Notes: generated from the letters alone by a model not told the origin. A stretch of DNA of 64,000 bases from Eledone cirrhosa (GCA_964016885.1 OZ024742.1:138756001-138820000), one strand, 5' to 3'; shown: positions 13,849 through 25,744, counted from the stretch's first letter. Made by a program: numbers and translations.

Positions 13849-16800
13849 CACATATACACACACACTCACACACACATATACACACACACATACATTAATA
13901 ACAATAATAATAATAATAATCATAACAACAATAATAATAACGACAACAACAATAATAATATACATATACATATATATATACACACACACGCACACACAAG
14001 CATATCTACACACACACACACACACACGATAGCAACTAACAGCGCTGCGATCGAATGTGGCTTTTTAGCCCAGCCAATGATCTAAAATGTCTTGCACAGA
14101 GTCGGCAACCAAAACATTCACTGGGAATAGTCGGCTGTGGTTGGAGTTCGTGTACTTTTGCATGTCGCTTGAGCCCTCCTGCTGATTTACATTCTCTACC
14201 ACATGTTTGGCAAGCATGATGAGTAGCATCTCCAACAGCAGCCTGGTAGTCAACCACTGGTCTTACTTTATGACTGCGAAGATGACTTTCGAGTCCAGCT
14301 TTGCTTAGGCAGAGTCTCGCACATACGCTGCATGTCAGCACCATAGGAGGACCCTCGCCGTCTGGAAGTGCAACAGCAATGCCCTTCCTCACATCCCGCT
14401 TTACTTTCTCGTATGCGATTCGAGATGCCTCAAAGGCAACTTTTCCCTCATATACAGTCTTTCTCCATTTATTACGATCAGCAGCAATATTCTCCCATGT
14501 ATCAGCAGAGATGTTAGCTTCTTTCAGAGAGGCTTTCAAGGAATCCTTATACCTCTTTTTTGGTTTATGTGGCGGTCGTTTTCCTTTAACCAACTCTCCA
14601 TAAAAGAGTTGTTTTGGTATTCTAGAATCCTTCTACATACATACATACATACATACATACATACATACATACATACATACATACATACATACATACATAC
14701 CTTGGAATGTTCTTTACACAGCTGTCTTCTTCGCAACACATTAAAATACTCGCCATTTCTCCTTTCCTTTGCATGCGAAAGAATTCGAAAAGCTTGTTTG
14801 TGAACCATGTTATATAAGCGAATGAAAATAACCCTATTTTATGAGTGGGTATGATTCCCTCTCTGGAAATAGAAATCAATTATATTTAGTTTTATAATGA
14901 AAAATTTGACAGCAATGTGCTGTCCAGCACTAAAGATAAAAAACCGGGCCGCCCACCCAATATCTTCATGGTCACTCGACATTCTAGAAATAGCAGCCAA
15001 ATATCATTCAAATTACGCTCTAGCGCTTTAAAAATGGAAGGATACATTGAATAGTGTGATTCTAAATATTTGATTTACTAAATATTTGATATACTACAAT
15101 GTTTCTCCCTAGTTTCAACTAACATATTATTGAATAGGGACATTGTATGATTGAATGTTTCCAAGCTGGCTTAACAATCATGAGAGTCAGGGTTCGATCA
15201 TGTTGCGTGGCATGTTAGGCAAGTCTTTTTTTTTCATTATAGCCTCAGTTCAGACCAATACATATGAATTAAATTTGGTTGGTGGAATCTGTTTGGAAGC
15301 CATTCATGTGGACTGTAAAAGTCTGTTTCAAGCCCCGAAGCTCATCAGTTCGGTGCTTGTCCCGGTTTCCATAGCCTCAAGCGACTGAAAGTACAAGATT
15401 TCCTCCCACTAGACAGAACGCCAATCCATCGCAAGGTTAAACCCCCAGCTATTGCCGGTACTCATTTTCAACTGAGTATACGCGAGTAACGTGAAATGAA
15501 ATGTTTTGCTCAAGAACACAACACATGACCTAATCCAAGAATAGAACCCACGACATTATGATCGTAAATCCAGCACCCTTACCACTAGGCCACGCGCCTT
15601 TTGATGGACTGTATCTGTCATTCAAAGTGGAAGCCTTGTCACATAGAATCTCTTGTATATTGACGAGGTTGATTACTGTAAACTCTAATAACACTCACTC
15701 ATGGACGACTCCTTACCTAAGGCTAAGCTATTGCTAAATAACAATTATATTTACTATTATTCATTCTGATGAAAATTTATGATAAAATAAAACTTACACT
15801 TTTCCTGTTAGACGTACGGGAAGCAACATTTTCATGGCGGTTTTATATTTGGCAACGGAATCAACATGTCGGCTGGTTGATGTTAAATTATAGTTACCAG
15901 TAATTGGAGCTGAATGGATGTTAAATCTGAAATTGTAAGACACGAGTAAAACACTTGCTTTGGTTCAGGTTCTAGGATACACAGAAACACACAGACACAC
16001 AATTACACACACACATACACATAAACACATACACCTACATATATTCACATACACATGCACATACATATACTCACATACACACGCATGCACACACGCTTAA
16101 ACGTACATTTACACATACACACAGAGTTACAAACACACATAAATACATACATATACACATACATACACATTCGAACACGCACACACATGCACATACATAC
16201 ACATAATCATACACACACATATATATATACACTCTCATATACGCACATGTACACATACCCTTACATACAGGCATACACGAAACATTGACGCGAAGTTTGA
16301 AAGGCGAAGTTAATCCCGACGTAATTTGAAATCATCGTTTAAAGTAACTTAATTAAACATCACAAGGTATTTAGTTCGGCGCTCTTCAGCTTTTGATACG
16401 CCACTACACTAAACATAACTATAACAACAATAGTAATAAGTTCTTGTTTAGGCATAATGTCAGCAAAGCAATTTGAGGGGAGAGAAAAATCGATTAAATT
16501 GACCCCATATTGTCCGACGCTTTAACAACTCAGCCAATCAATAATAATTGTTTCTACTTCAGGCACAAGGCCAGCAATTTGAAGGGGCGGGGAAAGTCGA
16601 TTAAATCGATCCCAGTGCATTACTGGGGCTTTATTTTATCGACCCCGTAAGAACGAAAGGCAAAGCTAATCTCGCAGGCATTTGAACTCAGAACGTAATG
16701 GGACGTAACTATGATTCAAAGCATCATGTCTGACGCTTTACCGATACTGCCAATTCCTAATAATAATTGTTTCTACTTTAGGCACAAGACCAGCAATTAC

Positions 16801-17758
16801 CCAGTGCATTACTGGTACTTTATTTTATCGACCCCGTAAGGATGAAAGGCAAAGTTAACCTCGGCCAATTCCTAATAATAATAATGGTCATTATGAGCAA
16901 GTGGAAATCTAATCTGTATGCTGTTTTGTGTTACAGTCTAGATCAAAATAGATATCTTTCAGGGAGATTATCTCCACGTTTTTTGGTAGCAACACAAACC
17001 AAAATCTGTGGTAGAAAACAAGTTTTATGATATTGTGGAATAGGAACATTCAAACGGATAGAGAAATCAAACACAGACAATTTGACATTGTATTGATCGA
17101 GAAAACGGCAAATAAGGGTTTCTTAATACATATAGTTTGTCTATCCGGCGGAAAAGAGAACTGAGAAGTTGGGAAATTACTTTGAGTGTTGGGTGGAATA
17201 AAAGATGGGGAATAAAGAAATAAGTATTATCTCCGTGGTCATTGATCCCATCAAATTTTCACGACTCCTAAGTAAAATACAACATAGAGTACGAGGTGAG
17301 AACTCTTCATAAATCAGTGCTTTTAAGGACATATTCTTTAAAATATTCTGTCTCTTAAATTATAAGGCCAGTCGTTCGCCGCGTCTTAAGCTTCTGTTAA
17401 GCCTGATGTGGAGTCCTAAATAACCATCAGTAATACTCAAAACGTAACACACGTGTTAAGGGGATAATTCTTTTTCTGATTTAGGCATACGGCCAACGAA
17501 TTTGGAAAGAGGAAAGTCGATAAAATCCATCCCAGTGCGGATGAAAGGCAAAGTTAACCTCGACTGGATTTGAACTCAGAACGTAAAGGGCCGTAACAGT
17601 ATGCCGTAAAGCATGTTGTCCGACGCTCTTTCGCTCCTGATAATCAGTTAATAAAAGCAAGCCGACCTGCCGATATCCAAGCCGGAATCAACAGACTTCA
17701 ATGTGTTAGATTTTTCTGCAGCAGACGAATGCTGAATAACATGTTTCCTGGTTGGCAT
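1486..17758 (-). CDS. ABCC5: ABCC5/MRP5-like ABC transporter, 5' part, spliced: join of 17667-17758, 15798-15926, 14701-14862, 11906-12053, 9701-9848, 6948-7033, 4777-4950, 2417-2479, 1995-2079, 1486-1634; continues beyond the left edge
   Basis: Ten GT-AG exons with matching phases total 1236 nt (412 codons) with no stop. Motifs recalled from ABCC5-type transporters: [64 protein letters not shown]. No TMD0, so a short-type MRP. Exact orthology (ABCC5 vs ABCC11/12-like paralog) not resolved. Confidence 0.9.
1755..1940 (-). mobile_element. tRNA-derived SINE (octopus type); further copies near 3237-3430, 9455-9605, 11700-11840, 16540-16870, 17470-17640, 21470-21570, 30245-30320, 41315-41540, 42080-42180 (-) and 10183-10300, 30590-30760, 30950-31110, 41020-41200 (+)
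   Basis: A box TGGCAGTATCGG and B box GAGTTCAAATCC; shared body GACTTTGCCTTTCATCCTTACGGGGTCGATAAAATAAAGTACCAG repeated through the window. Confidence 0.85.
1995..2079 (-). CDS. ABCC5: ABCC5-like coding exon 9 ([28 protein letters not shown])
   Basis: tgatag acceptor, gtaagc donor, 85 nt, phase 0/1; hallmark IK.IKMY.WE motif. Confidence 0.95.
2417..2479 (-). CDS. ABCC5: ABCC5-like coding exon 8 ([21 protein letters not shown])
   Basis: tttcag acceptor, gtaaga donor, 63 nt, phase 0/0. Confidence 0.9.
2585..2830 (-). mobile_element. RTE-like 5' UTR fragment
   Basis: Shares GAGGAGGGT and TAAGAGTYAAYGGCCATC motifs with the 5' ends at 13461-13655 and 51480-51592. Confidence 0.5.
3950..4160. repeat. 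Degenerate ~30-bp minisatellite, about 7 units
   Basis: Recurring AGATCAACTATG-like motif at roughly 30-bp spacing. Confidence 0.6.
4777..4950 (-). CDS. ABCC5: ABCC5-like coding exon 7 ([13 protein letters not shown]...SSYQIQ)
   Basis: ttacag acceptor, gtaaat donor, 174 nt, phase 0/0. Confidence 0.92.
5058..5378 (+). mobile_element. Non-autonomous RTE-derived element (3' portion) inside (TATG)n
   Basis: Ends in the C2H2 finger [17 protein letters not shown] and GGCAGCCACC(ATGT)n; near-identical to 51094-51396 reverse complement. Confidence 0.75.
5641..5701. repeat. 21-bp tandem repeat x3 (GGTGACGAGGGTGATTTGCTT) within an RTE 5'-end fragment (5551-5720)
   Basis: Directly visible repeat. Confidence 0.85.
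6275..6322 (+). ncRNA. Type I hammerhead ribozyme candidate (C3U variant, AUC site) in the loop of a fold-back element (6160-6395)
   Basis: gattgtg-TTGATGA-gaac(cagttca)gttc-GAAA-tgcgca-TC-tacgatt; palindromic stem III ATGCGCAT. Confidence 0.65.
6948..7033 (-). CDS. ABCC5: ABCC5-like coding exon 6 ([29 protein letters not shown])
   Basis: tttcag acceptor, gtgagc donor, 86 nt, phase 1/0; G.R.R...Y.K.L.L...GE ABCC motif. Confidence 0.9.
7738..7941 (-). mobile_element. Fold-back short element (family A) carrying the 3' half of a hammerhead; copies at 18452-18606, 18676-18830, 22619-22825, 32058-32267, 42345-42548; tail fragment 13274-13358
   Basis: Same ~140-bp body in every copy, always next to (TA)n; perfect palindrome 7816-7941; C-GAAA-CGGCT(tgagctc)AGCCG-TC motif. 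Confidence 0.8.
7977..8958 (+). mobile_element. Penelope-pLTR/retrozyme-like element (family B) with 5' inverted arm (7977-8048) and internal ~140-bp tandem duplication (8452-8720); fragments at 25376-25480, 37252-37350, 42175-42290
   Basis: 7977-8048 is the reverse complement of about 8797-8868; flanked by (TA)n on both sides. Confidence 0.7.
8783..8858 (+). ncRNA. Type I hammerhead fold with U4A core change (probably inactive); inverted copy at 7994-8044
   Basis: agttt-CAGAAGA-t-ccc(gttaa)ggg-t-GAAA-gcag(cgattct)ttgc-TT-aaact; distal stem I acagattga/ttaatctgt. Confidence 0.65.
9701..9848 (-). CDS. ABCC5: ABCC5-like coding exon 5 ([13 protein letters not shown]...WCTCFVT)
   Basis: ttgtag acceptor, gtaagt donor, 148 nt, phase 0/1; hydrophobic TM segment. 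Confidence 0.88.
10700..11250 (-). mobile_element. CRE-like non-LTR retrotransposon 3' fragment (restriction-like endonuclease end)
   Basis: VETSGVL...[14 protein letters not shown] resembles the CRE ET.G...QRIS.AIQRGN terminus; decayed. Confidence 0.6.
11906..12053 (-). CDS. ABCC5: ABCC5-like coding exon 4 ([19 protein letters not shown]...VSFLAA)
   Basis: ttttag acceptor, gtaaga donor, 148 nt, phase 2/0. Confidence 0.92.
12661..13657 (-). mobile_element. Non-autonomous RTE-derived element (5' UTR joined to 3' end), interrupted at about 13000-13455 by a (TA)n/fold-back insertion
   Basis: 5' UTR pieces 13461-13655 and 12870-12960 match 51410-51592; 3' end 12661-12700 matches 13695-13733; (CATA)n on both sides. 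Confidence 0.6.
13695..14633 (-). mobile_element. RTE-clade LINE, 5'-truncated (ORF C-terminus with three C2H2 fingers), 3' UTR split by a microsatellite block
   Basis: [17 protein letters not shown]...[15 protein letters not shown] motif; CxxC..S.AGL..H fingers; (TATG)n on both sides. Confidence 0.85.
14701..14862 (-). CDS. ABCC5: ABCC5-like coding exon 3 ([20 protein letters not shown]...DSCVKNIP)
   Basis: ttccag acceptor, gtatgt donor, 162 nt, phase 2/2; lasso-type GLFS..TW motif. Confidence 0.9.
15330..15600 (-). mobile_element. Second tRNA-derived SINE family; related copies near 9010-9270, 9950-10100, 27780-28010, 40700-40900, 46870-47100
   Basis: AGGCGCGTGGCCTAGTGGTAAG head and TGTGTTCTTGAGCAAAACATTTCATTTCACG core. 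Confidence 0.7.
15798..15926 (-). CDS. ABCC5: ABCC5-like coding exon 2 (FNIHSAP...[17 protein letters not shown])
   Basis: tttcag acceptor, gtaagt donor, 129 nt, phase 2/2. Confidence 0.85.
17667..17758 (-). CDS. ABCC5: ABCC5-like coding exon 1 ([31 protein letters not shown]); exon begins at 17819 in the 5' UTR
   Basis: Polypyrimidine-AG acceptor at 17820-17821; in-frame TAA four codons upstream of the ATG; donor AG|gtcggc, phase 2, matching the next exon. Confidence 0.7.
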
Positions 17759-18166
17759 CTTAAGTGTTTATTCGCGAAACTTCTCTTGATATGTTTCTTT
17801 TTCTTATTGGAATTCTTTCCTAAAATATAAAAGACAAAATAGCTGATAATATTACAACTAAACATAATATTACAAACGACCAGGAATGTTTGCTATGTTT
17901 TGTTTATCTTTCTTTACCTTGAAATTATTATCATATGAGAAGATACATTTCATTATCACTATACACTACTCATGGTGTATTCAATTTAATACGACAATAT
18001 TTATTTTCAACGGAACAGATACACACACACACACACATATATGCTTTTATATATATATATATGAATGTATATATAGTGTATTTTTCAATACACTTTATGC
18101 TTAATTAAAAGCATTTTGAAGACCGTATGCTATTGTTTTAGAGTAGTGACAGACTCACTTACTTTA

Positions 18167-18260
18167 ATCTCAGCAAACAGGGGGAGATAAAGCTGACAAG
18201 GCCTTGTTTCTGCATTTATTGATGCTTATCAAAGCCAAGTACTCCCCCGTCTGCTGAGAT
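18167..18260 (-). ncRNA. Type I hammerhead candidate (U3-A8 variant, GUC site) with long distal stem I, between inverted arms 18049-18157 and 18325-18420
   Basis: Minus strand: ggct-TTGATAA-gcat(caataa)atgc-a-GAAA-caaggccttg-TC-agct; distal stem atctcagcagacgggggag/ctccccctgtttgctgagat. Confidence 0.65.
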
Positions 18261-18420
18261 TACGGATGTTATTTTCTTATAGAATTCTAGTAAATAATCA
18301 GGAACTGATTATACAGAGCGGTTGAGTCTGTCACTACTCTAAAACAATAGCATACGGTCTTCAAAATGCTTTTAATTAAGCATAGTATTGCAAAATACAC
18401 TATATATACATTCATATAAT

Positions 18421-18454
<34 letters not shown>

Positions 18455-18603
18455 CGAAGGAATTGTGGTAAGGAACCAGATGGACCATAACGCACCAGAG
18501 TACTCAATACTTAGGGTAGTAGAGTGGGTAATAGGAAAAAGTATGACCCTGACGGCAGAGCTCAAGCCGTTTCGACGGCTATTTCTGGACTCGTCCACTT
18601 TTT

Positions 18604-18678
<75 letters not shown>

Positions 18679-18827
18679 CGAAGGAATTGTGGTAAGGAAC
18701 CAGATGGACCATAACGCACCAGAGTACTCAATACTTAGGGTAGCAGAGTGAGTAATAGGAAAAAGTATGACCCCGACGGCAGAGCTCAAGCCGTTTCGAC
18801 GGCTATTTCTGGACTCGTCCACTTTTT

Positions 18828-18873
<46 letters not shown>

Positions 18874-19609
18874 ATAATAATTATATTCAATTTGTTTCAA
18901 GCAAATAGCCTCATAATACAATGTGTTTTAGACGACTATCGTCATCCTAGCGATGGCAGAGAGAAATAATCGACTATTGTTTCAGAATTCCTCTGCTTTT
19001 GAAGGATGGCTCCTTCATTCACTAAATCCACAGGATTTGCAGATCACAAGATTGAACATTAGCGCATACAAATGAGTGAACAATGTACTTAATATGAAAA
19101 ACAGTATGATATAATTTTTGATAGAAGTCGAAAAGTCATGATTACTACCCCGCCTTTACTTTCCGGACTTTCGAATACATATTTTTAAAATGTTGAAATT
19201 TAGATAACATTTGAAAATTAACTGTTGTATAATTGGTGTCAAAATTATACAGTTAACATTGATGAAAAGTCGGATTTACCTTTGTGGACGCACTGGTGAA
19301 ATAGAAAAGACTTTCTTCCTAAACCTAATTCTGGCTAGAGTGAAAAAAAAATTGATAGCAAGGCAGCAAATTTAGGAGGAATTGAAAAGATAGTTAAATC
19401 AACATCAGCATATGACTGGTACTTTAATTTATCAATCCAAGAAGCATGAAACGTAACGTTGAACTCGATAAAGAGCTAAAACAAATACTGCAATGATATT
19501 TCGTCCTACCATCTACTAATTCTGCCAATCCTCCAACCTGCCAAACAGAAAACTTGCCATAGATTTAACATCATTCAGCAATGCCGCTACATACTGGAAG
19601 GAGGAAGAA

Positions 19610-20790
19610 ATGTACATTCAGTATCCAGCCTACCACTAAACCTTTCAGCAACAGGAATTAAAAGAGTTGGACCGGTATAAGGTCTGGATATGTATAAAAC
19701 GCATTTGTTGGTACAGAAGCATTGAATCAAACCAACAGAAACCATGTTTATTTGTGGCATCACTGTCATTATCTAGGAAGATTTTCGTCAAACCTTCCCA
19801 GATACCCGCCAAAGTATTGCATCAGCTTGACTGAGGGCATGCATTAAAACAACGCATCTACGGCATCGTGTTAATGTGACCGGTTTGTAAACCAGCATGA
19901 GAGTGCATCAACATAGAAACAACAGAGTTGGGGATTTTTTAGAATTATTACTCGGCATTGAAACTTCAGAAATCAGATCGTTATTCGAGAAGGTTGTGGA
20001 AAAACTGTGACGACATTGCTCCAAACTAGTGCAAAATTATACCCTAATCAACACCTGAATTATAACAAAGAAAACTTACCATATGAAAAGGCAATACTTG
20101 CATCTATGATTGAGGTTTACAGTATCAAAAATTAACGTCTCCAAGATATTGCCTTTAACTTTGGATAAAGCCACTGCAAGTGAATTTTCCAGTTGACTTC
20201 CTGAAGTTGTTAAGCCCACTTTGGATCCTTTTTCACAAGCTGGGACTCAAGTTGGGAAAGCCAATCATGCTTCCTATGTATCTTCATCCACCAAACATGT
20301 ACAATAAACCAAAACTGATCGTCAAACAGATACTTCCAAATCTCATCGAAGCAACCATTATCCCCGGTTGTGGAAAAGGAAAGGTAGTATTCATATAACT
20401 GTTTCTACTTTAGGCACAAGGCCAGCAATTACCCAGTGCATTACTGGTACTTTATTTTATCGACCCCGTAAGGATGAAAGGCAAAGTCAACCTCGGCGGG
20501 ATTTGAACTCAGATCGCAAAGGGACGTAACTATGCTGGAAAGCATGGCGTCCGACCCTCTACCGATACTGCCAATCCACCGCCCTTAAGGTAGTATTCAT
20601 ATAACGGTTTCCAATAATATTAACATAACTTCCACTCCTGTTCAAAAGACTTCAGTTTCCTGTCAGACTGAGCCTTTTAAAGTCAATCAACAGGTCCCTG
20701 CTTTGCTTCACACTACTTCGCCTTACTTTCCACAGTTTTACTTGGGTTGTTCAAGAGTTGGAAATCCCTCAAATGTTTTCATGCCTAGAT
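19610..20790 (+). mobile_element. Helitron PIF1-helicase remnant interrupted by a SINE
   Basis: HSV..LPLNL, DFRQT, LKLGKPIML...IEATIIPGCGKGKVVFI and FKRLQFPVRLS...SIN in broken frames. Confidence 0.75.
20400..20586 (-). mobile_element. Full-length SINE with ~19-bp target-site duplication
   Basis: AAGGTAGTATTCATATAAC at 20381-20399 and 20587-20605. Confidence 0.9.
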
Positions 20791-21918
20791 ATTCTAAACA
20801 TATGCTGTAGTTGGTCAATCTTGGGAGGAAATAACTTATGATCAAATGGATGACAGTCAAGCCCATCTTCTCTGTAATTAAGAGTTTCAAGTACAACATT
20901 ATCGCGTATGTCTTTCCTGCTTTAAGCCGGAAGAGGCGTAGTTTGAAGAAGATTTAGTTGATATTTCTAGGTCGAGCAAGCACAGAGAGGATCCTATGTT
21001 GATATAGTGGCAGCTTTACATCCACTTGTCATAGATACTTCAAATGAAACCAGTTGGACTATCAATAGATATAACCTCATTAAAAGATCTTATCAATAAC
21101 AAGCACTCTCTTCACCTACTTAAGTTAAAGACGGAATAATAAAAGGACCTCGGTTTAGCAACTCAATCTGATACAAATAGCTGCTAAATCTCCCATCGAA
21201 CAACATCCAAGTGCCTTAATAATGAAGGACAGTCTAGTTCTAGATATACAAAAAGATGGGATGGTCATGGCTGGAATGCTTTTGATCAGCGTCCTACTCA
21301 ATGAGGATGCCTGTTCTATGTAAGTTCTGTCTCATATAATCCTAACTCATGAAATGGTATCATTGGAAACAGGTGATGATTGTAATACTGAGCAGCCATT
21401 ATTGAAGAAGCCATTGTTACATTAATCTATCTGAAATGAGGCAGCATAGCTATTTTGTATAAAACTATATATATTGTTTCTACTCTTGGGACAAGGCCAG
21501 TAATTACCCCAGTGCATTACTGGTGTTTTATTTTATCGATCCCGTAAGGATGAAAGGCAAAGTTAATCTAAAACTATATGAATAAATTAGCGTCCACTGT
21601 CATATGTTGCGTAATTTGGCCAGTGTATATTTGCTACGGTTGTGAACATCTGGCGCTTGTACAATATAATGAAATAAACATTAATTTTGGGAATTGTTAA
21701 TCTAGAATAAGACATTTGAAACAAATTTATCTTAAGATAATACAGAGCTCTTTTAACAAGGAAAAAAAGAGGGAATATTCTAGAAAAGAAATCAAAGAAA
21801 TTTCATTTGGGCTATAAAAAGTAAATAAATGAATCATTTTATAAATAAACATAGATAGATAAATAGATATCGCTGTAATGCACTCATTCAAACGCTACAA
21901 GTATTTGCTCTTCAACAG

Positions 21919-21992
<74 letters not shown>

Positions 21993-22544
21993 CACAAGAA
22001 CGTCCCCCGCCATATACACACAACCGCCTATATATTTCTCCATCTCTCTCTATATATACAAGCTACCGAGCGTCTCGCCATGTAGCGGCTAGGGAAGTGA
22101 CACTTAGATATGGAAGCCAGCTGCGAAATAAGTATGTTTACCCAATGAATGGGCAGTCAAGGAACACCAGTGAGGGCTACCGCGAGCACAGTGGAGTAGT
22201 GGGAGTGGGGCATACTTTTCTATAAAAATTCTGCAATACTCAATGAAAGTATCCTGATCCTAATGAAGCAAGTGCAATCAACCATCTAAATAATTCTCTC
22301 CCAAGTGGAAGCATTCCTTCTAAACTGATGGGTGGCAGCACCAACTCTGTTTCACAAAGAATGTATATGTAAGCAAGGAACTGGACACCCTACTTATGTA
22401 TAGCTGTTCAAAAATATCTCTCAATAAAACAATGAAAATAGTCGCATAATTGATAAATGCAATGAGAGACTATTTAGGAAATGGAAGATCCCCAACCTCA
22501 TAATTGAATTGAATATGCAAACCGTACATACATATATACATACA

Positions 22545-22621
<77 letters not shown>

Positions 22622-22820
22622 CGAAGGAAATGTGGTAAGGAACCAGGTGGACCATAACGCACCAAAGTACTCAATACTTGAGGTAGTAGAGTGGGTAATA
22701 GGAACCAGTAAGACCCCGACAGCTGAGCTCAAGCCGTTTCGACGGCTAATTCTGGACTAAATTTAGTCCAGAATTAGCCGTCGAAACGGCTTGAGCTCAG
22801 CTGTCGGGGTCTTACTGGTT

Positions 22821-22889
<69 letters not shown>

Positions 22890-23189
22890 GCATATATGCA
22901 TACGTACATAGAGATGCAGAGTTTCATACATACATACATTTCAAACATTCATGCATTCATACATAAATACATACATACATGCGTACATTCATGCAAACAT
23001 ACATGCATATATAAAGAGATGCAGAGTTACATACATACATATATACTTACTTGCATAAATACGTAGATGCATACACACATACATATATACATGCATGTAT
23101 GCATGCATACATAAATACATAAAACATACATACATGCATGAATACATATATGTAAGCATGCATACATACATACATACATACATATACAC

Positions 23190-25060
23190 ATACATTCATA
23201 TGTCAGATATGATGGAGTAATATGTAAGGAGAAAGCAAGGAACACTACCTCAGGAGAATGAAAGGAATATGGTCATCAGAACTACCAGCCTACAGCAAGC
23301 ACATTGCGCAAAACACATTTACTGTGCCCCATTCTAACACTACCATTTGACTTTTTGAGATTTGTCACTACCTGAACTGACCCAAATGGGTGTAAGTACT
23401 TGGAAGTTGCACAATGTTAGTTGAAACTGACATTAATTGGTATGTGTATAGGCTATATTTCGCAAGGAGGGGTGACCGGGACTTAACATTCGTATTAACA
23501 TCGTACATTCAACAGATGAAAAAGTCAGCGGCCGGCTTGATCAGGTTTACGAACATGAAAATATATATATTGTTAGGATAATCTTTGAAGTTGTGGAGAG
23601 ATATGAAGTAAATCTGAGACAGATCTCTCTCATAAGAACATTGGAAAACTCTATCAACACTCGAGCAAAAATTGACCTGTTCACTGAGAAGGCAGTACAT
23701 GTGTACTTGAGACTTAAAAGACAAATCCACAGACAACAACATTAATAGCCTGACATGTAGATGTGACTAGGCTATCAAACTTGATCTTGAAGGATACCTC
23801 CATACAATCCAGGAACAAGAAATCCCCAAGTACTTACTGCATAAACATGGAAAAATCATCAGCTGACAATTAACGTAAGCTGTGCAAAACAAAGACCAAA
23901 GATGCTGGTCACAATTTTCCAACTGCAAGACAATCTCTTCTCATTATTAACTTTCCATGAGACATAATTTGGTAGAACAATCTGGAAGGCACTACGGAAG
24001 ACAAAATCAAAATCAAGCCTTTTGAGACTGATGGATTAGAGAAATATTGGTAGGACCTAAATATTAAAAGGAAATCCCACTAAATTGAAAAGAAACCGGT
24101 CTGCTATTGTGTTTTGAGGGCTTAGATTGAAAACATTCTTTGTTGTAGAAATCATCTGCCAAGTCGATTGTAATGTAATAAGGCACAAATCAGAGAAGTG
24201 GGTATTTACGAATTATTAATGCGGAGTTTGCAGATCTTGTATCCAAAACATATGTTTTACACCTATTCTTATCGTAGCTACAGGTTATATACCAACTCAA
24301 CTGTACCAAAGTATGATTATTGGAGAAAGTGCCCTGTTCCTTAATTCATAAATTAGAAATAGTAACGATATATGGAACCTTCAAAACCTGTAAAACATAC
24401 TTTAAGTTCGAAGAATGAATGATGACACAAAGAACAGTAAGAAATTCCTTTTTAACAAGTTTGCAAATGGAAGGTGGCTCGTGAAAATAAACTGAAACTT
24501 GAGAAATGTAGACACGTACGTGTAGTGGCTAAAACACTATATAAGGCAATCTGCAGATAAACATTTCAAACGTTACAGATATGCGGAAAGCATACTTACA
24601 CATAATATGAAATAGTATAGGCGAAATATTCCTGTCAAAACCCGAGTAAAATAAAGACATAATGGTATAAGAAAGAGAAAAGAACGCATGCACATCAGTG
24701 GGATTAAGCTACCCAGCAGATGAAAATATCGTGTTAAAGATTAGTGAAAAAGATAACATCTATTCCAAACTTGTAAGAAACTTGTAGGCACCTATCCTAA
24801 CTATAGCTTTAGGTGTGTACCTCTGATCATGGGGACACATGACTATGTTACTGACTGTCTCAGTCTAAATATTAGGAAATTGGGCTACACAGAGCCCAAT
24901 GACGGAAGCCATCTGCTTTGTTCCGACAGAAGCAGGTAGGAAGCAACCGACTGCTGTTTCTTGTTGTGTGGCCGTTGCCAAGCAAAAAGCACGGCTAATT
25001 AGTAAATTACTGGTACAGTCCTTTAATGGAACTGTGAACACATGTTAAAACATTCCACGC
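23190..25060 (+). mobile_element. Highly decayed RLE-type (R4/Dong-like or related) LINE fragments; related pieces at 51700-51860 and 52080-52340
   Basis: GYLHTIQEQEIP, PADENIVLKISEKDNIYSKLVRNL, VPLIMG and ALGYVSNHL motifs in broken frames. Confidence 0.5.
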
Positions 25061-25260
25061 ATGTGGAAATATAGAATTATATGTAAATGTGCACATATAA
25101 CCTCTAAACATAGAGTCACACATATACAATGACATCCATATCTGCATGCACACACACAAATCTATACATACATATATACGTATGTACGTATAATAATTAC
25201 ATCGAATCTAAATTCCAATGATAGCGGCTCGTTTCTAGGTTAGAATCCCATTCTCACTCT

Positions 25261-25349
<89 letters not shown>

Positions 25350-25502
25350 ACTATATATATATATATATATTTATTTATTAAAATAACAGATTAAAGTTTA
25401 AGCAAAGAATCGCTGCTTTCACCCTCAACGGGATCATCGAGCCCTCTTCGGATTTTAGTCTTCGAATTTATTATTATTACTATATATATATATATATGTA
25501 TA

Positions 25503-25584
<82 letters not shown>

Positions 25585-25589
25585 GTAAT

Positions 25590-25631
<42 letters not shown>

Positions 25632-25682
25632 TACATATATACATTAATATATATAATGTATCTACACACACACATACATATA

Positions 25683-25744
<62 letters not shown>

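Noticed and set aside
14036-14593. Possible host C2H2 zinc-finger gene
   Set aside because: The fingers follow RTE ORF motifs and end in an RTE 3' tail.
18452-18830. Repeat-spacer pattern suggesting CRISPR
   Set aside because: Eukaryotic context; repeats are ~150 bp, spacers are (TA)n, and there are no cas genes.
20490-20586. tRNA genes suggested by A and B boxes
   Set aside because: They are SINE heads with no cloverleaf and continue into SINE bodies.
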